Shown here piece after piece: positions 36,448-49,661 of a stretch of DNA of 64,000 nucleotides; position 1 is the first letter of the stretch; the number at the start of each line of letters is the position of its first letter. The DNA lies in the NCBI RefSeq assembly GCF_030028105.1, contig NC_092398.1, positions 25,311,649-25,375,648 on the forward strand, read 5' to 3'. The translations under genes were made by a program, and so were the position numbers. Below the pieces are notes generated by a model. It saw nothing but the letters and a program-made list of their open reading frames with translations, did no database searches and was not told the origin of the DNA. Source of the DNA: Mobula birostris. Lineage: Eukaryota.

Positions 36448-39400
36448 CAGGGCTGGATTAACCTAGTAGCAAAAGTAGCATATGCTACGGGCCCCGCCCG
36501 CACTAAATGCTTGCAAGCTGCAGTCTGGTGAAATTGGCATCCGAACTTAACGTATGCTTACGATTGTTAGAGTGATTTTTCGGTAAACGATTCATTTACA
36601 CTTAAATAAATTACTTCAGCCATCAGCCTTCTGTTCTTTAACAAAGCACTGTAGATTGAGTTCATAACAATGCATTTCCTAATAGCTGTGAAACCAGTTT
36701 CATTTGTAACAATGCATCTCTGGCACAAGAATGCTAAATTTACAGGTAGTTGAAAACTCACCATACCTATGCTTCTTTTCAATATGAATTGTCTTCTACG
36801 TTAGCACGTAACACACCAAATAATCTATTATGGATTTTAACTTGCATTCCTAAAGGCCATGAATGCCAGTTTAGGCATACTGGTGCCGGTAGAATAAATT
36901 TAATCAAAAGATGTGAAAACTTCAAAGAATTGTCTATACTTGTAACAATGAACTGTCCTTTGTATTTAGCAAATAAATATCGAGCCTCAATCACAAGACG
37001 GTTAGACATGTTCTGCCAGGTGTCTTTGCCTGCTGTGACCTAGTTTTGTCGAATAAAGAAGCTGCCTTTTACCTACCAGTAATGCAACGCTCTGTGATTT
37101 CATCCACGCCACAACGACGACGATCTGGCAATGCTGTTGTTTTCATGTAGATGGCAATGAGCAATAGAGCCAGAGATATTGGATGTCATTATGCTTCTGG
37201 AAGTGCAAAACGTAAAGCAAAAGAAGAAAAAGAAAGAAGAGACCAACTTGTGATAACAAAAACAGCTAAGTTGACAGAATATTTTGATGTTCATGGAGAT
37301 GGTGATGGTGCTATTACGGCTGAAGCTGGAAATTTAGGAACAACTGGTACTAGTGCGGCAGAAGGCTTGATACAGCAACAGCCAGCGTCCATTGAATGCG
37401 AAAGAACAAGTGAAGAGAACGAGTGCTCTAATGAGCAGCACACATAAAAGTTGCTGGTGAACGCAGCAAGCCAGGCAGCATCTCTAGGAAGAGGTAGAGT
37501 CGACATGTTGGGCCAAGACCCTTCGTCAGCCTAACTGAAAGAAGAGCTAGTAAGAGATTTCAAAGTGGGAGGGGGAGGGGGAGATCTGGAATGATAACAG
37601 ATGACAGGAGGGGGAGGGATGGAGCCAAGAGCTGGACAGGTGATTGGCAAAAGGGATATGAGAGGATCATGGGACAGGAGGCCTAGGGAGAAAGAAAAGG
37701 GGGAGGGGGAAAAACAGAGGATGGGCAAGGGGTATAGTGAGAGGGACAGAGGGCGAAAAAGGAGAGAGAGAAAAGAATGTGTGTACATATATAAATAAAT
37801 AAATAATGGATGGGGTACGAGGGGGAGGTGGGGCATTAGCGGAAGTTTGAGAAGTCAATGTTCATGCCATCAGACCCAGACGGAATATAAGGTGTGGTTC
37901 CTCCAACCTGAGTGTGGCTTCATCTTTACAGTAGAGGAGGCTGTGGATAGACATGTCAGAATGGGAATGGGACGTGGAATTAAAATGTGTGGCCACTGGA
38001 AGATCCTGCTTTCTCTGGCAGACAGTGTGTAGGTGTTCAGCCAAACGATCTCCCTGTCTGCGTCGGGTCTCGCCAATATATAGAAGGCCACATCGGGAGC
38101 ACTGGACACTGTATATCACCTCTGCCAACTCACAGGTGAAGTATCGCCTCACCTGGAAGGACTGTCTGGGGCCCAAAACAGTAGTGAGGAAGGAAGTGTA
38201 AAGGCATGTGTAGCACTTGTTCCACTTACAAGGGTAAGTGCCAGGAGCGAGATCAGTGGGGAGGGATGGCGGGGGGGATGAATGGAATGCTCTAATGATA
38301 TTGGTGAATGGCCATACAATCTAGATTCTGATCGTGAATATTGGATAGCCAAGGGAAGTGATGAATGCCAACATGCTGAGAGTGACTTCGCTTCATCCAT
38401 GCGATTGTATGACAATGAAAAGAAACCTCGGCACTGTCAGTGTCTTATTTTACTTATGTTCATAAACCTACAAACAAGCAACATCCAAGAAATTGGTTAT
38501 GCTATTCAGAAAGCAAAGGAAGCCTATTCTGTTTCCCATGCAAGGTTATGACTTCAGGATGTTCATCAAAGTTTAGTGAAGAGGGGTTTAATGACTGGAA
38601 AAATGCAAGCAATCTATTACATCGACTTGAAGAAAGTTCCTCACATAGACAAGCTTTAATTTCACTGTTGATGCACAAAAACAAAGCTAAGCATGTCGAT
38701 TCCCACCTTGTGAAAGAAATGGAGACTGAACAAAAGTATTGGCGCACACTTCTAGAGCGAATAATTGAAGTTGTAAAGTTTTTAGAAAAATGCGGCCTTT
38801 CATTTCATTGGTTCTCCTCATAATGGAAATTACTTGGGGTTGTTAGAATTACTGGCCAAGTTTGAACCTTTTCTGGCAGAGCATATAAATGCTCATGCAA
38901 ACCAGGGAAGGGGACATAAATCATACCTGTCTAAAGCAACGTGTGAGGAATTCATCAGTCTGATTGGATCACATATCGGTGAAATGAAGAAATACAAGTA
39001 TTATTCGGTTTCATTGGATTCTACTCCAGATATATCAAATATGGACCAGCTGACATTGAATTTGCGCTATGTTTTGCTGTCTGGACCAGTTGAAAGATTT
39101 GTGAAGTTTTTGGATATGGAAGGTCATAGTGCTGAACAGCTCACTCAAAGTTTACTCGACTTTTTAAAGGAAAATGACATTGCTATTAAAGACTGCCATG
39201 GTCAAAGTTATGACAATGCCAGCAACATGAGTGGCAAGTATAGTGGCAGAATTAAAGAGCTGAATGAGTTTGCGGATCACGTTCCATGTTTTGCACATTC
39301 ACTAAATTTGGTTAGAAAATGTGCTGCTGAATGTTGTCAAGAAGGATTAATTTCCTTTCAATTTGTAGAAAGCCTGTACACATTTTTTCTCCTTCTACTT

Positions 39401-39970
39401 ATCAGTGGGATCTCCTTTCTGCTGCATTATCTGATGGTGGTACTCCTTTGCCCATTGTGAAAAGAACGTCAGATACCAGGTGGTCAGCTCGTGCAGATGC
39501 AACAGAAGCACTTTTACACAGCTTTTCTGCAATAAAATAAGTCTTGGATGACATTTCAAATAACAATGATCAGAAGGCAGAGTGTCGACAACAGGCTCAT
39601 GGACTACTTTCAACCATGATGAATTTGGAAACAGGAATAATGGTCATATTGTGGGATCAAGTATTACAGCTTTTTCAAATGACCAGTGCTTCTTTGCAAT
39701 CTTCTGGCCAAGACTTGAACACAGCTCGTGCACTCTATGAATCCTTGCTTGAATATATTCAAGTTATGCGGTCTACTTTTTCAGACATTGAGCAAAAAGC
39801 CAAGGATCTGACTAAGCGTGAAGATTATCAACAGCAAACTCAAAGAAAGCACAAGCAAAATCACGCATATGATGATTTCAGTGGTTTCAGCACTCTTGAT
39901 CCAATTGTTGAATCTCAAAGCCTTCTCAGAAGTTTTAAAGCTGAACCTTTCTTGCCATTATTGACAGCTT
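36448..39970 (+). mobile_element. Decayed autonomous-type hAT transposon (ZMYM1-like TTF zinc finger/DUF4371 transposase), 3' end missing
   Basis: 5' TIR cagggctggattaacc. Motifs WLCYSESKGSLFCFPC, GFNDWKN, YYSVSLDSTPDIS, GQSYDNASNMSG, HVPCFAHSLNL, TRWSAR, with multiple stops and frameshifts. Confidence 0.9.
37435..38287 (-). mobile_element. Penelope-like element (GIY-YIG) inserted in the hAT transposase
   Basis: TCELAEVIYSVQCSRCGLLYIGETRRR...PVATHFN. 11-bp TSD tgctctaatga (37424-37434, 38288-38298). Confidence 0.88.
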
Positions 39971-40499
39971 GAGACCAATCACGTAAGGCCTCATAATCCC
40001 CAAGTGGTTCTTGGCCGCACATATTGAACACATTAAGAAGTATCCTCAGGGTTGGCAGGTTCACCGATTGTCTTTATTTCACCGTTTGGTTCAGGCCAGC
40101 ACTGTCTTATTGCACAACGTGTTTTTTGTAGGTCTGTAGAGAAAGTTGAGAGGATGTACTTGGCTTACTAATTGTTATATTGCATGAACTCATTCCATAC
40201 CACAAGTCAATGGATTCTGTTGGGCATCCTGGTTGCTAAATTATGCCTCCCCAATTATGTCTCTTTAAGGTTGGATGAGATTGTCGAATTTCAGACTTGT
40301 GTGACGATGAGTGCTCACCGCCTGCTGAGCTGTGTTCCTTTTTTTCTGGAAGTGACAGCTCTACCAACGGTTGGTCAGGTCTCAAGACTCAAGTTAGGGT
40401 GCCGTTCACTGTCCCCCTCCAAGAATCTTGTACCACCACCCCCCCCACGCCTTCCATTTCCTTTAACGGCCTCTTAGAACACTGCACCCGTTGAGAATC

Positions 40500-42420
40500 A
40501 CTGGTGCAGGTGAGCTCCTTGGATATAGTGATCATAATGCATCTAGTTTCAAAGTAAATATGCGAAAATATAGGTCTGGTCTGCGGGTTGAGATGCTAAT
40601 TCAGTGAAAGGCCAATTTTGATGGTATCAGAAATGATCTGGTAAGTATGGGCTGGGACAGGCTGTTTTCTGGCAAAGGTGTACTTTGTAAGTGGGAAGCC
40701 TTCAAAAGTGAAATTTTGAGAGCAAAATGCCAGTATGTACCAATGGTAAAGGTAGCAAGTGCAGGGAAGCTTGGTTTTCAAGAGATATTTTTGAGACCTA
40801 GGTTAAGAAAAAAAGGTGTATGGCAGATAGGAACAAATGAGGTGCTTATGGAGTATAAGAAATGAAAGAGAACATTTAAGACAGAAATCAGGAGGGCTAA
40901 AAGAAGGCATGAAGTAGACAAGGTGACGGAGAATCCTAAGGGATTCTACAGATTACAGAGGAGGAGGTGTTTGCTCTGCTGAGGCAAATCAGGGTGGATA
41001 AATTGCCATAGCATGACAAGGTGTTCCCTCAGACCCTATGAGAAGCAAGTGCAGAATTGACTGTAGCCCAAGCAGAGATTTTCAAATCATCTTTAGTGAC
41101 AGGAGAGGTACCAGAAGATTGGAGGATGCCAATGTTGTTCCACTGTTTAAGAAAGACTCTAAACATAAAGCAGGAGATTATAGGGTAGTGAGTCTTACAA
41201 CAATTGTGGGAAAGTTATCGGAAGATATTCTAAGGGACTGGATAAAGAAGTATTTGGATAGACATGGACTGATTAGAGATAGTCAGCATTGCTTCATGCC
41301 TGGTAGGTGATTTCCAGCCAATCTTATAGAGTTTTTCAGGGAAGTTACCAGCAAAGCGGATGAAGGCAATGTAGTGGATGTCATCTACATGGACTTTATC
41401 AAGAAATTTAATAAGTTCCCGCATGGGAGGTTGGTCAAGGGGTTCAGTTGCTCAACATTCAGGATGAGGCAGTAAATTGGATTCAATTTTGTGTGCTTGT
41501 TGCTTCTCTGACTGAAGACCTGTGACTAGTGGGGTTCAGTGCTGGGATCATTGTTGCTTGTCGTCGGTATCAATGACCTGGATGATAACTTGTTCAATGG
41601 ATCAGCTAACTTGCAGATGACACCAAGACTGAAGGTATAGTGGACAGCGAGGGAGCCTATCATGGCTTGCATGGGGATCTGGATCAGCTGGAAAAATTGG
41701 CTGAAAATGGCAAATGGAATTTAATGCAGATAAGTGCAAGGTGTAAGGTGTTGCACTTCAGTAGGACCAGCCAGAATAGGTCTTACATGGTGAATGGAGG
41801 GTACTATAGAGAGTGGTAGAACAAAGGGGTCTGGAATGCATAACTGGGAGAGAGGGTTGTAAAGAAAGCTTTAGGCACATTGGCCTTTATAAATCAAAAT
41901 ATTGACTATGGTCTTTGGGATGTTATGTTGAAGTTAGTGAGGCCTAATTTGGAGTATTGTGTGTAGTTTTGGTCACCTACCGACAGGAAAGATGTAAATA
42001 AGCTTGAAAGAATGCAGAGAAAATTTACAAGAAATGTTGCCAGGTCTTTATTCCTTAGAACGTAGGTCATTTGATAGAGGTATACAAAATTATGAGGGGT
42101 ATAGATAGGGTAAATGCAAGCAAGCTTTATCCACTCAGGTTGAGTGGGACTACAACAAGAGCTCCTGGGATAAGAGTGAAAGGTGAAATATTTAAGGGAA
42201 ACATGAGGGGAAGTTTCTACACTCAGATGGTCATGAGAGTGTGGAATGAGCTGCCAGCACAAGTGGTGCATGCAAACTCAATTTCAATGTTTAAGCAAAG
42301 TTAGGATGGGTACATGGATGGTAAGGGTATTGAGGGATATGGTCCCAGAGAAGGCTGACGGAAGTAGGTATTTTAAAAGGTTTCGACATAAACCAGATGG
42401 ACCATAGAGGCATGTTTCTG
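40500..42420 (+). mobile_element. CR1 ORF2 (RT) decayed, with 3' end
   Basis: ANVVPLFKK, YRVVSLTTIVGK, SQHCFMPGR, IEVYKIMRGIDRV. Confidence 0.88.
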
Positions 42421-42539
42421 TGCTGCACTTCTCTATTACTCTGTAATAATAAAAACTGTAAATTACAATCAAAAGAAGAAAACTAAGTTAAATAAGTTGT
42501 ACAAATAGAGAAGGGAGAAATACTGAGGTAATGTTCATG

Positions 42540-43680
42540 GGTTCATTGTTCATTCAGAAATCTGATAACAGGGGGAAGAAGCTGTTCTTGAAATGTCCTA
42601 TGTGTGCATTCAGGCTCCGGTTCCTCAGCCTTGATGGTAGCAATGAGTAGAGGGCATGTCCTGGATGATGGGTTCTTAATCATGGATTCTGCCTCCGAGG
42701 CATTGCTTTAAGAAGGTGTCCTAGATGCTGGGGAGGCTTGTGCCCATGATGGAGATAGCTGAGTTTACCACTTGCAGTGGCACCACCATACCAGATGGTG
42801 ATGCAACCAGTTAGCATACCCTCCATGGTACCAATGTAGAAATTTGCACATGTCTTTGGTGACATACCAAATCTCCTCAAACCCCTAATGAAATATAACC
42901 ACTGTCATTCCTTCTTTGTATTTGCATCAATATGTTGGACCCAGGTAAGATCCTCAGAGATATGACGCCGGGGAACTTGAAACTATTCACCCTTTCCACC
43001 ATTCAATGAAGACTGGTGTGTATCCTCCTGACTTCCCCAACCTTCGTCTTGCAAAGTTGTTGCTGCCGCACCACTCACGCATCTGCCCTATTTCACTCCA
43101 TTGTGCCTCCCTGTCACAACTGAATTTCTGCCAACAATAGTTCTGTCATAGCTGTCAAATTTATAGATGGTGTTTGAGCTGTGCCTAGCCCCACAATCGT
43201 GAGTGTAGAGGGAGTAGAACAGTGAGCTAAGCCCTCATTCTTGAGTTGCGCCAGTGTTGATTGTCAGTGAGGAATTTTCAATCTGCACAGACTGTGGTCT
43301 CCCAGAGAGGAAGTCAAGGATGCAGCTGGAGAGGGAGATACAGAGGCCCAGGCTTTGGAGCTTGTTGATTTGTACCGAGGGTATGATTGTGTTGAATGCT
43401 GAGCTGTAGTTAATAAACAGCAGCCCGAGATAAGTATTACTATTGTCCAGGTGATCCAAGACCAGATGGAGAGCCAGTGATATTGCAAACACTGTAGATT
43501 TATTAGGTAAATTGCAGCAGGTCCAGGTCGGTGCTAAGGCAGGAATTGATTCCAGCCATCATTACCCTCTCGAAACACATCAGCACAGTAGATGTAGGTG
43601 CCACTGGGCAACAGTTGTTGAGACAAGTCACCCTGCTCTTCTTGGGCACTGGTATTACCGTCACTCCTTTGAAGCAGGTG
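42540..43680 (-). mobile_element. L2/Rex-like LINE RT fragments
   Basis: [13 protein letters not shown]...[16 protein letters not shown] and TVIPVPKKSRVTCLNN. Confidence 0.75.
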
Positions 43681-45369
43681 TGCACCTACTGTAGCTAATA
43701 AAGTGGCCACTGTTGTAACTTCAGGATCTTCTGCTGCAAGAGCACATCCACTTTAAGTTTTGACGTGTTGAGCATTCAGAGATGCTCTTCTGCACACCAC
43801 CTTGGTAACACGTGGTTATTTGAGTTACTATTGCCTTCCTGTCAGTTTGAACCATTCTTTTCTGACCTCTCAGCAGTTTCTGAGATGCTCAACCACCCCA
43901 TCTGGTACGAACAATCATTCCAAGGTCACAGTCACTTAGATCACTTTTCTTCCCCCACTCTGATATTTGATCTGAACAACAACTGAACCTCTAGACCACG
44001 TCTGCATGCTTTCATGCATTGAGTTGCTGCCACGTGATTGGCTGATTAGATATATGCATTAACAAGCAGGTGAACAGGTGTACCTAATAAAGTGGCCACG
44101 GTAGATCCAGTTGTGTAAGAAAACTGCCAAATCAGCTAAATTAGTGTTGAGTGTTTTGGAATCGTTTATTTTGTTCTGCAACTTAAGTCTGAGAAAATAG
44201 ATCCAATTCTACAACAAAATGACAAGGTAGGCTCAGTCAATGTTTCCAGAGCAAAATGCATACATTGCCACTCTACTATTTAGGGTCTTGTTTTTAACAA
44301 CCGTGTTATGTATCTCATTTGCTGAGTGTTTTGGAATAATTTATTTTGTTCCGTCCTGCAATTGGTCAATCAATGAGACTTCTCTTTCTAAAGTTCCTGC
44401 CCTCGCGCCGAGAAACTGGGCCATGCACTGAGCTTCTTCATGCTGAAGCCTACACAAGGACCCACTCTCACAGCAGCCTCTCCCAAAATGGCCGAACTGC
44501 TTGTCCCAAGCTTCATTGAAGACCTAACTTGTCTTCTCCCTTCGTCATCTTTCAGAATATTATAGAGTCATACAGTACGACAACAGGTCCTTCTGCCCAA
44601 CTGGTCTGTGCTGCTCCACGTTTCCATCTAAGCTAATCCAATTTGTAGTGTTTGCTCCATCTCCCTGTTAACCTTTCCTATCCATGCAGCATTTGATGGC
44701 TCTAGGCCTGGAGCTCAGAAGAATGATTGGGGTGGGGATTCTCATTGAAACCTATCAAATATCAAAAGGCCAGGATAGAGTGGGCGTGGAGAGGGAGTTT
44801 TCAATAGCACCAGGATCACAACCTCAGAATAGGAGACTTTAAATCAGAGATGAGGAGAAGTTTCTTTCGCTGGAACATGGTGAATCTATGGAATGCATTG
44901 CCACAGTCGGCTGTGGAGGCATAGTCATTGGGTACATTTAAAGCAGAGATTGACAGGTTCTTCATCAGAAAGGACATCAAATGTTATGGGAGGAAACAGG
45001 AGAATGGGGTTGAGAAAATAACAGAGCTAATAATGGATGGTGGAACAGTCTCGATGGACTGAATGGCCTAATTCTGCTCCTGTGTCTTATGCCTATGTAG
45101 CTGTCCAGGCGTATTTTAAACATTGTTAATATACCTGCCTCAACCATTCCATCCCAAACTCTGGCAGCTGGTTCCAGGTATGAACCACCCTTTCTGTGGA
45201 AAAGTAGTCCCTCAGGTTCCTATTACATCTCTCCCCTCTTACCTAACTAGTCCTCTAGTTCTTGATTCCCCTATCCTGGAAAAAAGGGCTATCTGCATTC
45301 ACCCGATTTATGCCCCTTGGAGATGCCACACACCCCTCCCATTGGGAAGAAGGTAGAAAAGACTGAAAG

Positions 45370-46320
45370 GAGTAACATGACAACTGGAGATGAGGTAAGA
45401 TTAGGGACTAGGTCAGGTTCAGGGCCCGCGGGCTTAGAGTTAGTGATGGGGGTTAGTGTTACAAATTGGGGTATGTGTCTCTGTCTCTCAGCCGCTCTGT
45501 TTCTCGCTCCCTCTCTCTGTCCCCCTCACCCTCCCTCTTTGTCTTCCTCCCGCTCTGCCACTCCCACTCCATTTCCCTCATCACCCCCACACTGTATCCT
45601 CTCTCTCTTCCCTCCCACTCTGTCTCTATCCCCCTCTGCCTCTGTTGTCCCCCCTGTCTTTCTCCCTTCATTTCCCTCTCTCTCTGTCTCTCCCTTTATC
45701 TGTTTCCCTCTTTTACTGTCCCCCTTTCTGTCGTTCTATCTTTCTGCCCCTCCACCCTCTCTTATTACCATTCATTATTAGCTGAGAACTTCTACCTCGT
45801 ATCAGAGTTTTAGAGAACCATAGAGCAAGTGAGCACAGAATCAGGCCTTTCAGCCCAGCCAATCAGTGTAATCCATGGTACCCACTCAGCTTCTCCCAAT
45901 TTCCTGAATTTGGCCAATATCCGTACAATCCTCACCATCCCAATGATGCACACTAATCTAAAGATGCTCTGGATATAAAACTGGCATTCTTTGCAAGCAA
46001 ATCTATGCAAATAGCTCTTCAGTGATACTATTGTATCTGCCTCAACCACTTCCTCTGACAGATCATTCCATCTGCTTACCACCCTCTGAATAAATAAATA
46101 GGTTGAACCACAGGTTCCTTGTATATGATCCTGTCTCACCCGACCATCGACAGTACAATTCCGTGTTGGTTTGCCTTCCCAGAATGCATCATTTTGTGTC
46201 ATCCAGAACCTCAGTGATCAGGCCTGGTGAATTTGTGACTAATCCTGTGGCAGCCCATTCCGAGACAACCTTCAACCTTCAACCACCACCCTCTGCTTCC
46301 TACCCCATCGAGTCTGTTCC
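45370..46320. repeat. Copy 1 of a local direct duplication (copy 2 at ~49662-50960)
   Basis: Shared non-TE start ggagtaacatgac(a/g)actggagatgaggtaaga, CT-rich tract and the same order of TE fragments. Confidence 0.8.
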
Positions 46321-46329
46321 ACCATGGTA

Positions 46330-47800
46330 ACATGGCTGCTCCATTTTCCCTCTCAGCTCCAATCTTGTGCCTTCTTTCTGCATCCCTTCATGCCCTGATT
46401 AATCAAGAATCCTATCAACCTCTACCTTAAATATACTTAAAGACTTGGCCTCACAGCCACCTGTAGCAAAAAAATTCACAGATTCACCACTCTCTGGCTA
46501 AATAAATTCCTCCTCATCTTCATTCAAAAAGAACATCTGTCTATTTTGAGGCTGTGTCCTCTGGTTTTAGATATTGCAACATAGGAAGCATCCGCTCCAT
46601 ATTCACTTCAAAGAGGCCTTTCAAGATTCAATAAGTTTCAATTTGGTCACCCCTCGTCCTTCTGAATTCCAGTGAGTGCAGGCCCAGAGCCATCAAATGC
46701 TCTTCCTATGACAAGCCTCTCAATCATGGAATTATTTTAATGAACTGCTCTTGAACCTTTCCAATGTCAACACATCCTTTGTTGGATAAGGGGCACAAAA
46801 CTGCTCAATACTGCAAGTGAGGCCTCACCAGTGCTTTATAAAGCCTCAACATTATATCCTTGCTTTTATATTCTAGTCCTCTTGAAATGAATACTCACAT
46901 CACATTTGCCTTCCTCACCACCAACTCAACCTTTAGGGAATCCTGCACAAGGACTCGCAAGTCCCCTTGCACCTCAGATTTTTGAATTTTATTTTCTACT
47001 TAGAAAATAATATACCCTTTTTATTTCTTCTACCAAAGTTCATAACCATACACTTCCTGACACTGTATTCATCTGCCACTTCTTTGCCTATTCTCTTAAT
47101 GTCTAATCCTTCTGTATTCTTTCTACTTCCTGAAAACTACATACCCCTTCATCTATTTTAGTATTGTCTGAAAACTTTACAACAAAGCCATCAATTCTGT
47201 CATCCAAGTCATTGACATATAACGTAAGAAGAAGCCATCCCAACACAGACCCCTGTGGAACACAACTAATTACTGGCAGCCAACCAGAAAAGGCTACCTT
47301 AATTTAAGTTCTTTGTCTCCTGCCAATTTGCTACTGTTTTCTCCATGCTAGTATCTTTCCTGTAATAACACAGATACTTATCTTGTTAAGCAGCCTTATG
47401 TGTGGCACCTTGTCAAAGGCCTTCTGAAGATCGAAGTACACAAAACTCACTGACTCTACTTTGTCTATCGTGCCTGTTATTTCCTCAAAGAATTCCAACA
47501 GATTTGACAGGCAAGGTAGCTCCTTAAGGAAACCATGGCCTATTTTATCATGTGCCTCCAAGTACCCACAAAACCTCTTCCTTGAGAATCGGCTCCAACG
47601 TCTTTCCAACCACTGGAGTCAGACTAATTGACCTACCATTTTCTTTCTTTTGCTTCTCTCCTTTCTTGAAGAGTGGAGTGACATTTGCAATTTTCCAGTA
47701 CTCCAAAACGATTACAAGATCTAGTGATTCTTGAAAGATCATTATGAATGTCTCCACGATCTCCACAGACACCTCTTTCAGATCTCTGGAGTGTAGTCCA
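46330..47800 (-). mobile_element. CR1 RT fragments
   Basis: YFDLQKAFDKVPHIRLLNKI and WKIANVTPLFKKG. Confidence 0.85.
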
Positions 47801-47908
47801 TCTCGTCCTTATTGCCTATCCCACAGAATATTCTCTGTTGCTCTGGCATTTTACTCTGAATTTTTTTTTTTTTGCTTTACCTTGTTCTACCTCAATGCAC
47901 CATGTAAT

Positions 47909-48548
47909 TGTAAGGGGTTTCTTCTTTTCTGTTACTGCGAAGGCTCTTAAAATGGCTTCTTTGTTATGTTAGAATTAAACATGGCGTGTCTGTAATAAAT
48001 ACTGTGATGTAAGGATGTTCTCTCTCTCTCTCTGCTTGTTTGGGTTATATTATTGATAAGGGAGCGAACGAACCAATGGGTGTCCATGTTAATCTTTCTG
48101 TGGGTGATATTCTGTCTCGTATGGCTGGGAACCGTATGGTTTGGCGGGCTTTTCGGGAGGCGACCCGGAGAAGAAGGACGTGCTGGAGGCGCTCTGGTCG
48201 ACCACCGTGGTTGGTCCCGAGCAGCAAGTCAGGGGGGTCAGAGAGGATCGCATGGTGGAGAGAAGACCCTGTTATTTGAGCTCCAACTTGTGTGCACAAA
48301 GAGGTTGAACTCTGATAAGTCTGGCGCCTTTTTCTTTCCCCTTTATATCGTATCTCTATTTATTTCATAGTTCCAGTAAGATTTATAAAGAGTAACTTGT
48401 AAATTGTACATTGTGTGCTGTCTGATATTTGATGTGTGAGTTTGTACCAGGTCGCATTATACAGCAATGACGCAACTGTGAGACACGGTTCGGCGGGCGG
48501 ACGGGGTTTCTCCTGGATAAACACGAGCCGATAGACCTGAGCGTTACA
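47909..48548 (+). mobile_element. Solo LTR
   Basis: tgtaagggg...gcgttaca with 4-bp TSD taat. Confidence 0.82.
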
Positions 48549-49661
48549 TAATGATTTGATCTGCATGAACGCTATGCAAGATGCACTTTTTATTGTTCTT
48601 TGCTGCATGCAACAATAGTAAAACAACTTATGTATGACTTGGTACACCTCTGCAAGGTCACCCCACATTCTCACTGCACCCTTCTTACAGCACCGCCAGA
48701 AGAGACCATAAGACACAGGAGTAGTTTTAGGCTTTTCGACCCATCTATTATGTTCTGCCTTTCCATCATCCCATTTTCCCTCTCTGCCCCATTCTCTAGC
48801 CTTGCCCGGTAACCTTTGACACCCTTACTAACCTAGAATCTATCAACCTCCACTTTAAAGACATCCCTTGTCTCGATCTCCACAGCTGACTGTGACAATG
48901 AATTTTACAGATTCACCGCTAAAGAAATTCCTCCTCATCTCTGTTCTAAAGCTGTGCCCTCTGTTCCTAGACTCCCCCATGATAAGAAATATTCTCTCCT
49001 CATGTTCTCTGTCTAGGCCTTTCACTAACTAGTAGATTACAATGAAATTCCCCCTGATTCTTCCAAACTCCAGTGAGTACAGGCCCAGAAAATCAAACGC
49101 TCCTCATAAGTTAACTCTTGCATTCCAGGAATCATTCTCATTCACATGAACCTCCTGTAGACTCCCTCCAACGCCAGCAAATCTTTTCTCAGGTAAAGGG
49201 CCCAAAACTGCTCACAATACTCTGACCTCTTCCCATCACACCATCCTGGGTTCTGAATGCACCTTACAGGGCAAGAAATAATTCACTTATATTTTTTCCC
49301 ATCTAGTCCACAGCATTCAATATTCATGCTGTGGTTTCTTCTACCAGAGGAACCAAACATAGGCTTAGGTGAGTGGCAGAATTCAGTCAGTGGGGGTGAG
49401 CTGAGACCTCCCATTCCCTACTGGAGGGAAGTCAGTGGCTTGAGTAGAAATGTCAGGGGGTGGGGGAGATGCAGCGAGGGAGACTCCCATTTCACGAGGA
49501 CTAGAATATAAAAGCAACAATGTCTTGCTGAAGCTTTTTAAGGCATTGGCGAGAGTATTGTGGACACTTCTAGGCCCCTTATTGAAGAAAGGATGTGCTG
49601 GAACTAACTCTAAGCCTCTAAACTAAATCCTAAACATTACCAGAAATTTATAATATGTCAG

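Noticed and set aside
37151-39972. Domesticated ZMYM1/ZBED-type host gene
   Set aside because: Multiple stops and frameshifts, a TE insertion with TSD, and a 5' TIR all indicate a dead transposon.
44240-44431. ORF MFPEQNAYIATLLFRVLFLTTVLCISFAEC as WB leader
   Set aside because: No suitable phase-1 GT donor after the hydrophobic stretch.
45317-45813. Pro/Ser/Leu-rich and Arg/Glu-rich ORFs (also 49669-50219, 59787-60138)
   Set aside because: Translations of CT-rich tracts and GT microsatellites.
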